Assembly (NCBI GenBank): GCA_028716745.1
Contig: JAQUPE010000003.1
Span: 3,779-67,778, forward strand
Length of the DNA: 64,000 bases
Reading direction: 5' to 3'
Source: Minisyncoccota bacterium
GTDB lineage: Bacteria > Patescibacteriota > Minisyncoccia > UBA6257 > 02-FULL-45-10c
A model generated the notes under the pieces. The model saw nothing but the letters and a program-made list of their open reading frames with translations, had not been told where the DNA came from and searched no databases. Positions within the stretch are counted from its first letter, which is position 1. Every line of letters begins with the position of its first letter. Below are positions 10,551 through 20,962 of the stretch, piece by piece. A program made the translations under genes and the position numbers.

Positions 10551-11246
10551 ATGAAAAAAACCAACGAAGAATTAAAAAAGATTATTGATGAAAAGGCGCC
10601 CGGAAGCCCGGAAGAAAAAAACTGGGCTTTTAATGTTTTGTTCAAAGATTGGGCGAATATGCACGAATATATTTATAAAAGATTCAATGTTGATTTTGGA
10701 ATGAATATTCTGGACATCGGCAGCAATTATGGGCAAAACTTTATTCATTTTGGAAAAGACTCTCTCGGCGTCGAGATAAATCAAAAGGCGGTGGAATTTG
10801 CAAAATCGCTGGGGCTCAAAGTTGCTTCAATCAATGCTGAAGACGATTTAAAATCAATTAATCAGAAATTCAATCTTATCTGGTGCACCGATTTTTTGGT
10901 GCATGTAGCCAGCCCTTATAAGTTTTTATACGATAGCCGCAAGTTGCTGGAGGATAAGGGAAAAATTATTATTCAGATTCCTCTTATGTCAATATTCAAC
11001 AGGCATAAATCAGGCTGCCATCTTTATGCTTTTAATAAAAAAGCGCTTTTGTATTTAATGGAAATGGCCGGTTATAAAATTATTAAAACCTCCGGCTATA
11101 TAAGAAAAAAGCCGAAATGGTTTAATTTTATTTTTGAACCGCTTCTTCAGATTTATGGAGGAAATATCTGGGTATTGGCGGAGAAAAAAGAAGGCACTCC
11201 TTTTAATTTGCAAAAGGTTTTTATGCCGAAATGGTTTGAAATTTAA
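10551..11246 (+). CDS. Class I SAM-dependent methyltransferase
   Basis: ILDIGSNYG motif I, GVEIN. Confidence 0.75.
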   Translation: MKKTNEELKKIIDEKAPGSPEEKNWAFNVLFKDWANMHEYIYKRFNVDFGMNILDIGSNYGQNFIHFGKDSLGVEINQKAVEFAKSLGLKVASINAEDDLKSINQKFNLIWCTDFLVHVASPYKFLYDSRKLLEDKGKIIIQIPLMSIFNRHKSGCHLYAFNKKALLYLMEMAGYKIIKTSGYIRKKPKWFNFIFEPLLQIYGGNIWVLAEKKEGTPFNLQKVFMPKWFEI

Positions 11247-11258
11247 ACGTTAAATAAA

Positions 11259-12023
11259 ATGGACTGGAAAAAATTAGAACAACCCTATTATCTTAGGTCA
11301 AAAAAATATGAAGGAGGAAAATACTTATCCTTGAACAGAAAGCATAAGGGCGTTTTAGAATATTTGGATTTTGCTTTGGAGAAAATCAATAAAGACGGCG
11401 TTGATTTCTGCGACGCTGGATGCGGGAACGGAATATATCTTAAATTTTTAAAGGAAAATAGAACTGGATTGGCGAGCCTGTGCGGCTTTGATTTTTCGGA
11501 AAAAATCGTTGAATTGGCAAAGGAAAACACGGGTTTAGAGGAGATTAAGATCGGAAACCTTGAAAATGCTCCTTTTGGGAATGAAAAATTTGATCTGATA
11601 TTATGCACTCAGGTAATAGAGCATTTATTGGAAGATAAAAGGGGAATTGCGGAGTTATATAGGATGTTGAGAAAAGGCGGGTATTTGGTAATAAGCACAG
11701 ATAATACATATAATATTATCTCCGAGTTCTTAAATTTGCCGTTTAGAATTTTGTCTTTGCCTTACGCCTTGCTTAAAAAGATTTTTAGGGATAAAAAATA
11801 TTTTCCTCATAAATCTTACTCGATTAAAGAATTCAAGAATTTAATCGGTGTTGGAAATTTTGAAATAGAAAAAGTTTCGACATTCAGATTTTCTATGCCG
11901 TTCCCGTTTTATAAGATCAAGGCAATGAGAGACACAATAGATTTTTTTGAAATGATTTGCGGAAAAATTGGAATTTTCAAAAATAATGGAGATATAGTAA
12001 TCGCTTTGTGCAAAAAAATATGA
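11259..12023 (+). CDS. Class I SAM-dependent methyltransferase
   Basis: DAGCGNG, FDLILCTQVIEHL, LRKGG. Confidence 0.85.
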   Translation: MDWKKLEQPYYLRSKKYEGGKYLSLNRKHKGVLEYLDFALEKINKDGVDFCDAGCGNGIYLKFLKENRTGLASLCGFDFSEKIVELAKENTGLEEIKIGNLENAPFGNEKFDLILCTQVIEHLLEDKRGIAELYRMLRKGGYLVISTDNTYNIISEFLNLPFRILSLPYALLKKIFRDKKYFPHKSYSIKEFKNLIGVGNFEIEKVSTFRFSMPFPFYKIKAMRDTIDFFEMICGKIGIFKNNGDIVIALCKKI

Positions 12024-13450
12024 TAACTCTTATCCAAATAAATTACAGCGAGGATCACTCGGAAAAAATATTGCCGCTGGGCATTCTTTCGGTTGGAAGC
12101 GCGCTTAAAAAGAAGGGATATGATGTTCAGCTTATAAATATTAATGAAAGGCAGATAAATAGTACGGCAGAAAAAATTGCGGCAATGAAGCCCGACTTTA
12201 TAGGCATTTCAGTAATGACGGGAATTCAAACCCAGCATAGCGCCGAGTTTTCAAAGAAAATAAAACAATTGGGCAATATCCCGATAGTGTGGGGTGGAAT
12301 ACATCCGACTTTGTTGCCGGATCAGTGCATAAAAGAAGAATATATAGATTATGTAATTTATGGCGAAGGAGAAATAACCACTTTGGAATTTGCGGAGAAA
12401 TTTTATAAGGATAAGAATTTCAGCGGAATTTTGGGATTAATTTATAAAAAGGACGGCAAGATTATTACAAATTCCGAAAGGCCGCTTATTGAGAATCTGG
12501 ACGCCTGGAGGCTGGATTTCAGCTTGATTGATATGAATCAGTTTATTTTTCCTTTGAGCAAATATAAAAGGGTTATCGCTTATAAATCCAGCAGGGGATG
12601 TCCGTTTGGCTGCGCTTTTTGCTATAACTTCAAATTTAATAAAAGCAGATGGAGGGTTTGGTCTGAAGACGCGGTTATGGAAGATATAAATTTTTTGAAG
12701 GAAAAATATAAAATAGACGCGATAAAGTTTTATGACGATAATTTTTTTGTGGACAAAGAGCGTGCACTTTCATTGTTATCAAAAATAAATTTGCCGTGCC
12801 ATTTGGAAATAAGAATAGATTTTATAGATGATGAGCTGGTGGCTAAGCTGAAAAACTTTAATATTTTTGACATGCTTATCGGACTTGAATCGGGATCTGA
12901 AAGGATGCTTCAGCTGATTGATAAGCGTTTTACAGTTGAAAGATTGCTTCAGGGAGTGAGAAGCATAGCCAAATATGGATTGCATGCCACCTATTCTTTT
13001 ATAGTGGGACTGCCATCGGAAACAGAAAAAGATTTTAATGAAACAATCAGCGTAATGAATCAGGTTTATAAAATTCATCCTCAGGCGGGATTTACTGTTG
13101 GCGCTTATCTGCCGTATCCGGGATCAAAACTTTATGATTTCAGCTTGATGCAGGGGTTTGTTCCGCCGCAGAGAACTGAGGATTGGGGGAAAATAGACCG
13201 GTTTAGAAAGGATTTTAATTCTCCTTGGGTTAATGTAAGGAAAGTCTGGGTCATCAGAGAGTGCTTTAAGATTTTAAGCTGGGATCTGAAGATATTGAAA
13301 AAATGGTTTGAATTCAGAATAAGCCATAATTTTTATTCTTTTCCTATAGATATTTATGTCGTTGAATTTTTGGCCGGCATAGCGATAGAGGAGAAGTGGT
13401 TTGTGGGTAAGTTAATGCGCCGTTTATACAATAAATTAAGGAATAGATGA
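12020..13450 (+). CDS. Cobalamin-binding radical SAM protein
   Basis: PLGILSVGS, WGGIHPT, GEGE, SRGCPFGCAFC, GLESGS; ATGA overlap with the upstream stop. Confidence 0.9.
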   Translation: MITLIQINYSEDHSEKILPLGILSVGSALKKKGYDVQLININERQINSTAEKIAAMKPDFIGISVMTGIQTQHSAEFSKKIKQLGNIPIVWGGIHPTLLPDQCIKEEYIDYVIYGEGEITTLEFAEKFYKDKNFSGILGLIYKKDGKIITNSERPLIENLDAWRLDFSLIDMNQFIFPLSKYKRVIAYKSSRGCPFGCAFCYNFKFNKSRWRVWSEDAVMEDINFLKEKYKIDAIKFYDDNFFVDKERALSLLSKINLPCHLEIRIDFIDDELVAKLKNFNIFDMLIGLESGSERMLQLIDKRFTVERLLQGVRSIAKYGLHATYSFIVGLPSETEKDFNETISVMNQVYKIHPQAGFTVGAYLPYPGSKLYDFSLMQGFVPPQRTEDWGKIDRFRKDFNSPWVNVRKVWVIRECFKILSWDLKILKKWFEFRISHNFYSFPIDIYVVEFLAGIAIEEKWFVGKLMRRLYNKLRNR

Positions 13451-14550
13451 AAGTTTTAATTATAAATTTAGACAAGGGTATTTTTAAGCAAGAATCGGCC
13501 GTGTTGGAAAAGCTCCGAAAACACAGCCGTTTTTTTGATAAATTTTTTACGATTACCTGGACTTTAAAAAATGACAAAGTCATTATTGAAAATAATTTAG
13601 CGGCTTACCCGACTAATTCTATCGCGAAGATTTTTTACATTTTTGATACATTGAGGATTTTTAAGAAATTTATAGCGAAGGAAAAGATAGATTTAGTTTC
13701 GGCTCAAGATCCTTTTGAAACAGGCCTGGCTGCCTGGATGGTAAGCAGGCTGTTTAAGATTCCTTTGCATTTGCAGGTACATACGGATGTTTTTAGCCCA
13801 TATTTTTGGAAAGATTCGTTTTCAAATAAAATCAGAGTTTTGCTGGCTAAATTTTTACTGCCTAAGGCCGATGGAATAAGAGTAGTTTCCGAAAGAATAA
13901 AAAAATCTTTCGCCGGACTAAATCTTAAAACCGAGCCGGTTGTTTTATCGATATTTGTAGATGCTTCTAAAATCCAAAGAGCGGAAATAAAAAGCGATTT
14001 GCGGAAAAAATATCCGCAATACGATTTTATTATTTTAACAGCCTCGCGTTTTACCAAGGAAAAGAATATCGGCTTATCTATTGGGGCCATGAAGGAAATC
14101 GTAAAAAGGCATCCGAAAACAGGATTGGTAATAGCCGGTTCCGGTCCAGAAGAGAATAAGCTGAAGGTAATGGTTGAAAAATCGGGATTAAATAATAATG
14201 TTGTTTTTGAGCCATGGACTAAAGATTTGGCTTCTTATTATAAAAGCGCCGATTTGTTTATTTTGACTTCTAATTATGAAGGGTATGGTTTGGTGGTAGA
14301 GGAGGCGATGATTGCCGGCTTGCCGGTGGTAATGACGGATGTCGGCTTGGCCGGAGAAATCGTGAAAAATGAAATTAACGGGATTATTGTTCCGGTTGGA
14401 GATGCCGATAGATTAATTAACGCAGTTAATTTATTATTAGAGAACGGAGAAAAAAGGAAGAATTTGGCCGAAAAAGCCTTAAAAATTTCGGCAGATCTGC
14501 CCGAAGAAGAACAGATAATAAGACAGTCGCTAGTCGTAAAAAATTTATAA
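13447..14550 (+). CDS. GT4 glycosyltransferase
   Basis: AQDPFETG, EGYGLVVEEAMIAG. Confidence 0.85.
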   Translation: MKVLIINLDKGIFKQESAVLEKLRKHSRFFDKFFTITWTLKNDKVIIENNLAAYPTNSIAKIFYIFDTLRIFKKFIAKEKIDLVSAQDPFETGLAAWMVSRLFKIPLHLQVHTDVFSPYFWKDSFSNKIRVLLAKFLLPKADGIRVVSERIKKSFAGLNLKTEPVVLSIFVDASKIQRAEIKSDLRKKYPQYDFIILTASRFTKEKNIGLSIGAMKEIVKRHPKTGLVIAGSGPEENKLKVMVEKSGLNNNVVFEPWTKDLASYYKSADLFILTSNYEGYGLVVEEAMIAGLPVVMTDVGLAGEIVKNEINGIIVPVGDADRLINAVNLLLENGEKRKNLAEKALKISADLPEEEQIIRQSLVVKNL

Positions 14551-14555
14551 CATTT

Positions 14556-15197
14556 ATGGAAAAGGGAATAGAATCGGTTTATAAGCATCATCATCAAAAT
14601 AGGCCTCCGGAGTTCGCCGTCTTTGGGGATGCGCGCGGAAATTTTTTCAGCAGCCAAATAGGAAAAGGAAAAAAAGTCTTGGATTTGGGATGTCGAGATG
14701 GTACTTTGGCGAAATATTTTTTGGAAGGCAATAGGGTTTGGGGAATTGATATAGATAATGAAGCGCTTGGCAGGGCGGCGGAAAAAGGAATAACAACTCG
14801 CCAGGTGGACTTAAATGGTTCCTGGGATATTTTAAATGGAGAAAAATTTGATGCCGTGGTAGCGGCCGAAGTGCTGGAGCATCTTTATTTTCCGGAAATT
14901 GTTTTGGATAAAATAAACGATGTTCTTAATTCCGGCGGAGTGCTGGTTGGCTCTATTCCGAATGCATTCAGTTTGAAAAATAGGATAAGATTATTGCTTG
15001 GAAAAAAGAGATATACCACATTAGGCGATCCGACCCACATAAATCATTTCAGTTTCAATGATTTGAACAATGCCTTGAAAAAAAAGTTTACAGAGGTCAA
15101 AATAAAGCCATTGGTCAGGAAGCCCTTTGGCCCTATAGCCAGGCTTATGCCGGGCCTAATAGCTTACGATTTTATCTTTTCAGCTAAAAAAATATGA
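14556..15197 (+). CDS. Class I SAM-dependent methyltransferase
   Basis: VLDLGCRDG, FDAVVAAEVLEHL. Confidence 0.85.
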   Translation: MEKGIESVYKHHHQNRPPEFAVFGDARGNFFSSQIGKGKKVLDLGCRDGTLAKYFLEGNRVWGIDIDNEALGRAAEKGITTRQVDLNGSWDILNGEKFDAVVAAEVLEHLYFPEIVLDKINDVLNSGGVLVGSIPNAFSLKNRIRLLLGKKRYTTLGDPTHINHFSFNDLNNALKKKFTEVKIKPLVRKPFGPIARLMPGLIAYDFIFSAKKI

Positions 15198-15892
15198 AAA
15201 AATTATCAATAATAATGCCGGCCTATAATGAGAAAGGCACAATAGAAGAAATTATCAGCCGGATAAAAAAAGTTAATTTGGAAGGAATAGAAAAGGAAAT
15301 AATAGTCGTCGATGACGGCTCCAAGGATGGTACTAGGGAAATTTTGAGAAATATCCCGGATATCAAATATTTTTTCCATGAAAATAATCTTGGCAAGGGA
15401 GGGGCGACTAAGACAGGCCTTCAAGAAGCCACTGGCGACATTTTAATTATTCAAGATGCGGATTTGGAGTATGATCCCGAGGATTACAAAAAAATGCTCA
15501 AGCCGATTTTAAACGGACAGGCAGATGTTGTTTATGGTTCAAGATTTCTGACGGGGGAGCCCAAAAGAGTTTTGTTTTTCTGGCATCTCTTGGGCAATCT
15601 TTTTTTGACATTTCTTTCAAATTTATTTACCAGTCTGACTTTAACCGATATGGAGACTTGCTATAAGATGTTTAAAAAAGAAGTGGCGGATTCTTTTAAG
15701 GATAAATTAGAATCAAAGAGATTCGGCATAGAGCCGGAATTGACCGCCAGAATAGCAAAAGGAAACTGGAGAATATATGAAGTAGGAATTGCTTATTACG
15801 GAAGATCTTACAATGAGGGCAAAAAAATAAATTGGAAAGACGGCGTTGCCGCTATTTGGCACATAATAAGATTTAATTTGTTTACTAAATGA
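15194..15892 (+). CDS. GT2 glycosyltransferase (DPM1-like)
   Basis: MPAYNE, VDDGSKDGT, QDADLEYDP, DMETCYK. Confidence 0.9.
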   Translation: MKKLSIIMPAYNEKGTIEEIISRIKKVNLEGIEKEIIVVDDGSKDGTREILRNIPDIKYFFHENNLGKGGATKTGLQEATGDILIIQDADLEYDPEDYKKMLKPILNGQADVVYGSRFLTGEPKRVLFFWHLLGNLFLTFLSNLFTSLTLTDMETCYKMFKKEVADSFKDKLESKRFGIEPELTARIAKGNWRIYEVGIAYYGRSYNEGKKINWKDGVAAIWHIIRFNLFTK

Positions 15893-17304
15893 AAAGATTA
15901 AAAGTATTACTGATGAGGCCCGATTCTAGGTCGGATGAATTAATACCCCCGTTCGGTTTGGGGTATTTAATTACGGCTGCGAGAAAAAAACATGATGTTG
16001 AAATTTTGGACGGCATTAAAGAAAAATTAACGCCGGAAAAATTTAGAGAGATTTTAAAAGATAAAAAGTATGATGTGATAGGAATTCAAATTTTTACTTT
16101 TCACGTTATTTCGGTAAAAGAATATGTAAAAGTAATAAAAGAAGTGCTGCCTGAGGCAAAAATAGTATTTGGCGGACCGCATCCGTCTTGCGCTTATGCC
16201 AATATTTTCCAGCTTTTTCCTAATATAGATTGGGCCTTTAGAGGAGAGGCAGAAGTTGGCTTGGCAAAGCTATTGGATTTAATAGCGGAAAATAAGGAAG
16301 CCGATAGAAATAAGCTGATGGAAGTGCCTGGCCTCATATGGAGAATAGACGGCCGGACAGTGGCAAATCAGCAGTTGTTTGTTGAAGATTTAGATGAACT
16401 GGGGATGCCGAGCTGGGATATTTTAAAGCCGAATACTTATCCTTTGGCTCCTCATGGAGGGTTTTTCAAAAACTATCCGATTGCTCCGATTATCATTACT
16501 CGCGGATGCCCGTTTTCCTGCACTTATTGTGCCGGTTATTTGGTTAGCGGAAAGAAAATAAGATTTAGAAGCGTTGATAAAGTTATGGAAGAAATAAAGT
16601 GGCTTTACAACGAATACGGCATAAGAGAAATCCATATTGAAGACGATAATTTTACTTTCAATCCTGATTTCGTAAGAGAGTTTTGCAGAAAGATGAAGGA
16701 GTCCGGACTTGGAATAACCTGGACTTGTCCGAATGGAGTGCGTTTGGATACTTTGACGGAAGATCTTCTTTTGACGATGAAAGATGCGGGGCTTTACAGT
16801 ATTTCCGTAGGAATAGAATCCGGTTCGGAAAGAATATTGAAAGAAATGAAAAAAAGTTTGACCAAGGATGTAATAAGAGAAAAAGTCAGTCTGATTAAAA
16901 AGTGCGGTTTGGAAATTTCCGGATTTTTTATCATCGGTTATCCGGGAGAAACAATAAAAGATATAACAGAGACAATTGATTTTTCAATTGAGCTCGGACT
17001 TAAAAGGGCAGGATTTTCTCTTTTCAAGCCGTTTCCCGGAACGGAAATTACGAGAAAGCTAGTGGAAAGCGGGGAGCTCAAAGAAATGTCCGACGAGGAT
17101 TGGAGCAGATTTGTTTTGGCCGATGCCGTTTATGCTCCGCAGGGATTTACCAGAGAGCAGATGAAAGGATTGAGAAAAAAAGCTTTGAGAAGATTTTATT
17201 TCAGGCCGAAAATAGTTATAAAGTTTTTCAGCGAAGTGAGAAACATACAGCATTTAAAGATTGTTTTAAAAAGGATTTACAGCTGGCTATTTAAGGCTAA
17301 ATAA
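15889..17304 (+). CDS. Cobalamin-binding radical SAM protein
   Basis: PPFGLGYL, GGPHPS, TRGCPFSCTYC, GIESGS, FIIGYPGET. Confidence 0.9.
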   Translation: MKRLKVLLMRPDSRSDELIPPFGLGYLITAARKKHDVEILDGIKEKLTPEKFREILKDKKYDVIGIQIFTFHVISVKEYVKVIKEVLPEAKIVFGGPHPSCAYANIFQLFPNIDWAFRGEAEVGLAKLLDLIAENKEADRNKLMEVPGLIWRIDGRTVANQQLFVEDLDELGMPSWDILKPNTYPLAPHGGFFKNYPIAPIIITRGCPFSCTYCAGYLVSGKKIRFRSVDKVMEEIKWLYNEYGIREIHIEDDNFTFNPDFVREFCRKMKESGLGITWTCPNGVRLDTLTEDLLLTMKDAGLYSISVGIESGSERILKEMKKSLTKDVIREKVSLIKKCGLEISGFFIIGYPGETIKDITETIDFSIELGLKRAGFSLFKPFPGTEITRKLVESGELKEMSDEDWSRFVLADAVYAPQGFTREQMKGLRKKALRRFYFRPKIVIKFFSEVRNIQHLKIVLKRIYSWLFKAK

Positions 17305-17309
17305 TTTTT

Positions 17310-19019
17310 ATGACTACTGTTTTGAATTTTATGAATCGGCACAAGATTTTGCTCTTGATTTTAGCCGCCGCATTTTTAATAAGAATTGTCGGCATTGGAT
17401 ATGGCTTGCCCCACGAATTTATCGGTGATGAATTTGTGCAGGTGGCTGTGTCTTTAAAAATGATTGATGCCAAAGCGCTTACGCCGAATTTCCCGACTAT
17501 TTTTTATCATCAGCCCCTTAGCGCTTACATTTCGGCCTTGGGAATCGGCGCATATTTATTTTTCCAATTGATTTTTGGAAAGTTTGGAAGCATTGCGGCG
17601 ATGAGGGATTATTATATTGTTCATCCGACGGATCTCCTTATTGTTACTCGTTTTATGGCGGTGCTGTGCGGGGCTTTGACTGTATGGCTCTTATATTTAA
17701 TAGGCAGGGATTTGTTTAATAGGCGTGCCGGTTTAATAGCGGCATTTTTGGGGGTCTTTGATTTTTTGTTCATATATAACCAGCATACGGGAAGAGTTTG
17801 GAGCTATATGTCGGTTTTTATCGCTTTGGCTTTATGGGCGAGCGTTAAGCTGTTTAAAGAGGATAAATTCAAAAATTATCTATTGTCGGCCGGGGCTTCG
17901 TTGCTGGCGGCCGCTAATTTGCTGCCCGGGCTTTTGACGTTTATTCCTTCGGTGGTAGCGAGGTTTAAATGGAATAACAAAAAAATATGGATTGCTTTTG
18001 GAGCGATTATTTTGGGGCTGATTTTAATCTTTCTTATGAGTCCGCGCGGATTTGGGGCGGTGTTTTTCCGTTTTGATATTTTCAGCGGGAGTAAGATTTT
18101 AGAAACGGTGGCAAAAACGACGGTTGAATATCAGGTGGCGCCGACGCCGGTTTTTAACAGGATATTTGATACATTCATCACCTTATTCAATTATTTACCG
18201 GTTTATTTTATTTTGTTTTTGGCAGGTATGGCATTTTTATGGAGAGAAGACAGAAAGAAGTTTTTCTTTTTCGCTTCTTTTCCTTTTTTCTATTATCTTT
18301 TTATAGGCCCGTTTTATACTTTTGGCTGGGTAGCGCGGTGCATGGTTCCTTTCTCCGTTTATTTTGTTTTGGGCTCGGCTTATTTGCTGGATTTATTGGC
18401 TAAAAAATATTTTAATGATTCTAAAAAAGTTTTGATTATCGGCGTGCTGGCGGTTTCCTTACCGTCAATTGTTATGTCGGTTTTGTTTGACGTGAAAATT
18501 TCTAGAGACGACACAAGAACTCAATCCGTTAATTGGATTTATAAAAATCTTCCGGAAGATTCCAGAATTATAGATTATTCGGGAACCGATGAAGTTATAA
18601 ACCAGGACAGGGGAATTTTGGAATTAATGAAGAAAACCGGGGTTAAGGAACTGAGCACTAAGCAGAAGTTTTTGTTGTCGGCTGGCGACGAGGCATATCC
18701 GCGTCCGGAATATTTTGTTTTGGATTTGAGGGAATTTAATCCAGGCCTGATGGAAAAGGATTTTTTTAAAAATAATAAATTTATTTATTACAGAAAAACC
18801 GATTGGGGAAGCAAGACAACGGAAGATTTCGGATACTTGCTGGAAGGAGCATTTGCCAAAAAAGAGCTGATTGCCAAATTTTCTCCATTTGCCGATGGGG
18901 TTAGCTACGGACCGGAAGATCTCGGAAACGTTCATGATATGCAATACCCGATTCTTCCTCTTATTAAAGCTCAGAGATTTGGACCCGTGGTGGAAGTATA
19001 CAAAATCAGTTTTAAGTAG
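17310..19019 (+). CDS. ArnT/PMT-like GT-C membrane glycosyltransferase
   Basis: GLPHEFIGDE loop motif, multi-TM body, DTRTQ C-terminal extracytoplasmic domain. Confidence 0.75.
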   Translation: MTTVLNFMNRHKILLLILAAAFLIRIVGIGYGLPHEFIGDEFVQVAVSLKMIDAKALTPNFPTIFYHQPLSAYISALGIGAYLFFQLIFGKFGSIAAMRDYYIVHPTDLLIVTRFMAVLCGALTVWLLYLIGRDLFNRRAGLIAAFLGVFDFLFIYNQHTGRVWSYMSVFIALALWASVKLFKEDKFKNYLLSAGASLLAAANLLPGLLTFIPSVVARFKWNNKKIWIAFGAIILGLILIFLMSPRGFGAVFFRFDIFSGSKILETVAKTTVEYQVAPTPVFNRIFDTFITLFNYLPVYFILFLAGMAFLWREDRKKFFFFASFPFFYYLFIGPFYTFGWVARCMVPFSVYFVLGSAYLLDLLAKKYFNDSKKVLIIGVLAVSLPSIVMSVLFDVKISRDDTRTQSVNWIYKNLPEDSRIIDYSGTDEVINQDRGILELMKKTGVKELSTKQKFLLSAGDEAYPRPEYFVLDLREFNPGLMEKDFFKNNKFIYYRKTDWGSKTTEDFGYLLEGAFAKKELIAKFSPFADGVSYGPEDLGNVHDMQYPILPLIKAQRFGPVVEVYKISFK

Positions 19020-19034
19020 TTATATTATTAATAT

Positions 19035-19991
19035 ATGAAAATCTCGGTAGTAGTCCCCATATTTAATGAAGAATTGGCCATAGCGGAAAACGTCAGGGCT
19101 ATAGTTAAAGCTCTTAACGATTTGGGCCGCGATTGGGAACTCGTTTTGGTAAATGATGGAAGCAGGGATAAAACATTGGAAATAATTACCGGTTTAGCCA
19201 AAGAAAATTCCAAAATCAAAGTCGTTTCTTATACAACGAACCGCGGACGAGGACATGCTTTGAAGACCGGATTTGCGGCAGCAACAGGCGATTATGTCAT
19301 AGCGACAGAATCGGATTTGAATTGGGGAACGGAAATTTTCGGAAATTTTGTAAGAGAACTCGATAAGGGAGATGCGGATATAATTGTAGCCTCTCCGCAT
19401 ATGAAGGGAGGGAGAATGGAAAACGTTCCATTTTCGAGGTGGCTGTTAAGTTATTTGGGAAATAAGATTTTCTCATTGGCATTTCCGGGGAAAATGACAA
19501 TGTGCACCGGAATGACGCGCGCTTATAAAAAAGAAGTTTTGGATTCTTTAGATTTGGAATCGGACGACAAAGAATTGCATATAGAAATTCTTTATAAGGC
19601 CTTGGATCTGGGATTTACGGTAAAAGAAATACCGGCAATATTAAGATGGAAAAAGCCGGAGAAGGGAGTCATTGTCCGCAAATCTCATTTTAAATACAAA
19701 GCAATTCTCAAGCACCTTCTTTTGAGTTTCGGAGTAAAGCCGTTTTTGCTTTTCGGCGGATTGGGTTTCGGCCTTGTTGGAATTGGTTCAATTATAGGAA
19801 TTTATCTTTTGGTTTTGTGGCTGGGAGGCGAAGCTATCGGGGCTCGTCCGATTTTATTTACTGCGGTTTTGCTGATAGTTGTCGGATTTCAAGTTTTAGT
19901 TTTCGGATTTTTGGCCAATCAGAACAGGGAGATAAAGAGACAACTGGCAAGAGTGCAAAAAGCTATTAAGGAATCAAGCGAAAAGAGCTAA
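19035..19991 (+). CDS. GT2 glycosyltransferase with two C-terminal TM helices (ArnC/GtrB-like)
   Basis: VPIFNEE, VNDGSRD, NRGRG; C-terminal TM hairpin. Confidence 0.85.
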   Translation: MKISVVVPIFNEELAIAENVRAIVKALNDLGRDWELVLVNDGSRDKTLEIITGLAKENSKIKVVSYTTNRGRGHALKTGFAAATGDYVIATESDLNWGTEIFGNFVRELDKGDADIIVASPHMKGGRMENVPFSRWLLSYLGNKIFSLAFPGKMTMCTGMTRAYKKEVLDSLDLESDDKELHIEILYKALDLGFTVKEIPAILRWKKPEKGVIVRKSHFKYKAILKHLLLSFGVKPFLLFGGLGFGLVGIGSIIGIYLLVLWLGGEAIGARPILFTAVLLIVVGFQVLVFGFLANQNREIKRQLARVQKAIKESSEKS

Positions 19992-19995
19992 GCCT

Positions 19996-20958
19996 GTGAA
20001 AAAGACAATTTTATATTTTTTAAGGATCGTTTTAACGGCAGCCGTTGTTTGGTATTTTTTTCAAAAAATTAATTTGGAAAAGTCTTTTGAGGCGGTAAAA
20101 CAAGCCGACTTTTTGATTTTTCTTTCGGCATTGGCTGTTTCTTTAATCGCCTGGATTTTTAATTCGCTGAGATGGCGACAGATTTTTTTGGCGGCAAATA
20201 TCAATATGCCGGCGAAGAAACTTTTTTTATATAATCTCGTCGGGGTTTTTTACGGCGTTGTTTTGCCTGGCGGGAAGCTGACGGGCGATGCGGTTTGCGC
20301 TCATCGGCTTACGGAAGATAATTCCGAAAACGGATACGATAAAAGATATTTTCTTTCAATATTAATGGATAGAGCAATAGGGATGCTCACGATGATATTT
20401 TTCGTGTCGGTTTATTTTATATTCAAAAAGCCATTTTATAATCTTGGCTGGCAATCGGATGCTTTCGGATATTTTTTATTGGCGGCTGATTTGCTGGGTT
20501 TCATTCTTATATTTACACCGGTTTTTGGTTTGGTTGTTTCCAAAATAATTAAATTATTTGCCAGCCGATGGAGCCTGCTTAATAATATTGAATCTATAAC
20601 TCAGGTTTATGGTCAGAATAAAAGGAGGCTTTATCCGGCATTATTATTTTCAATAGCGGGAGTTTCTTGCTTAGCGTTGTCGGTTTATTTGCTTAGCTTG
20701 AGCGTCGGGCTGGGGGCCAGTTTTGGAGCTGTAGGTTTTTCTTATTTATTGGCAACTATTTTAATAGTTGTTCCGATTACTATCGGAGGAATCGGCTTGA
20801 GGGAGGGAGGCATAACTTATTTTTTGATTCATTTAGGGGCGCCTATAGACGGCGCGGCTGCCTTGTCTATTCTTATGTTTGCGCAGTTTGCGATTGTGGC
20901 TTTAATCGGAGGAGCGATAGAGTTGTATTTTGTAGTTTTTAAAAAGGCTTTAAAATAA
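19996..20958 (+). CDS. LPG-synthase-TM/UPF0104 flippase-like membrane protein
   Basis: SLRW, LPGGKLTGD, DRAIG, PITIGGIGLREG motifs. Confidence 0.8.
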   Translation: MKKTILYFLRIVLTAAVVWYFFQKINLEKSFEAVKQADFLIFLSALAVSLIAWIFNSLRWRQIFLAANINMPAKKLFLYNLVGVFYGVVLPGGKLTGDAVCAHRLTEDNSENGYDKRYFLSILMDRAIGMLTMIFFVSVYFIFKKPFYNLGWQSDAFGYFLLAADLLGFILIFTPVFGLVVSKIIKLFASRWSLLNNIESITQVYGQNKRRLYPALLFSIAGVSCLALSVYLLSLSVGLGASFGAVGFSYLLATILIVVPITIGGIGLREGGITYFLIHLGAPIDGAAALSILMFAQFAIVALIGGAIELYFVVFKKALK

Positions 20959-20962
20959 GAAG

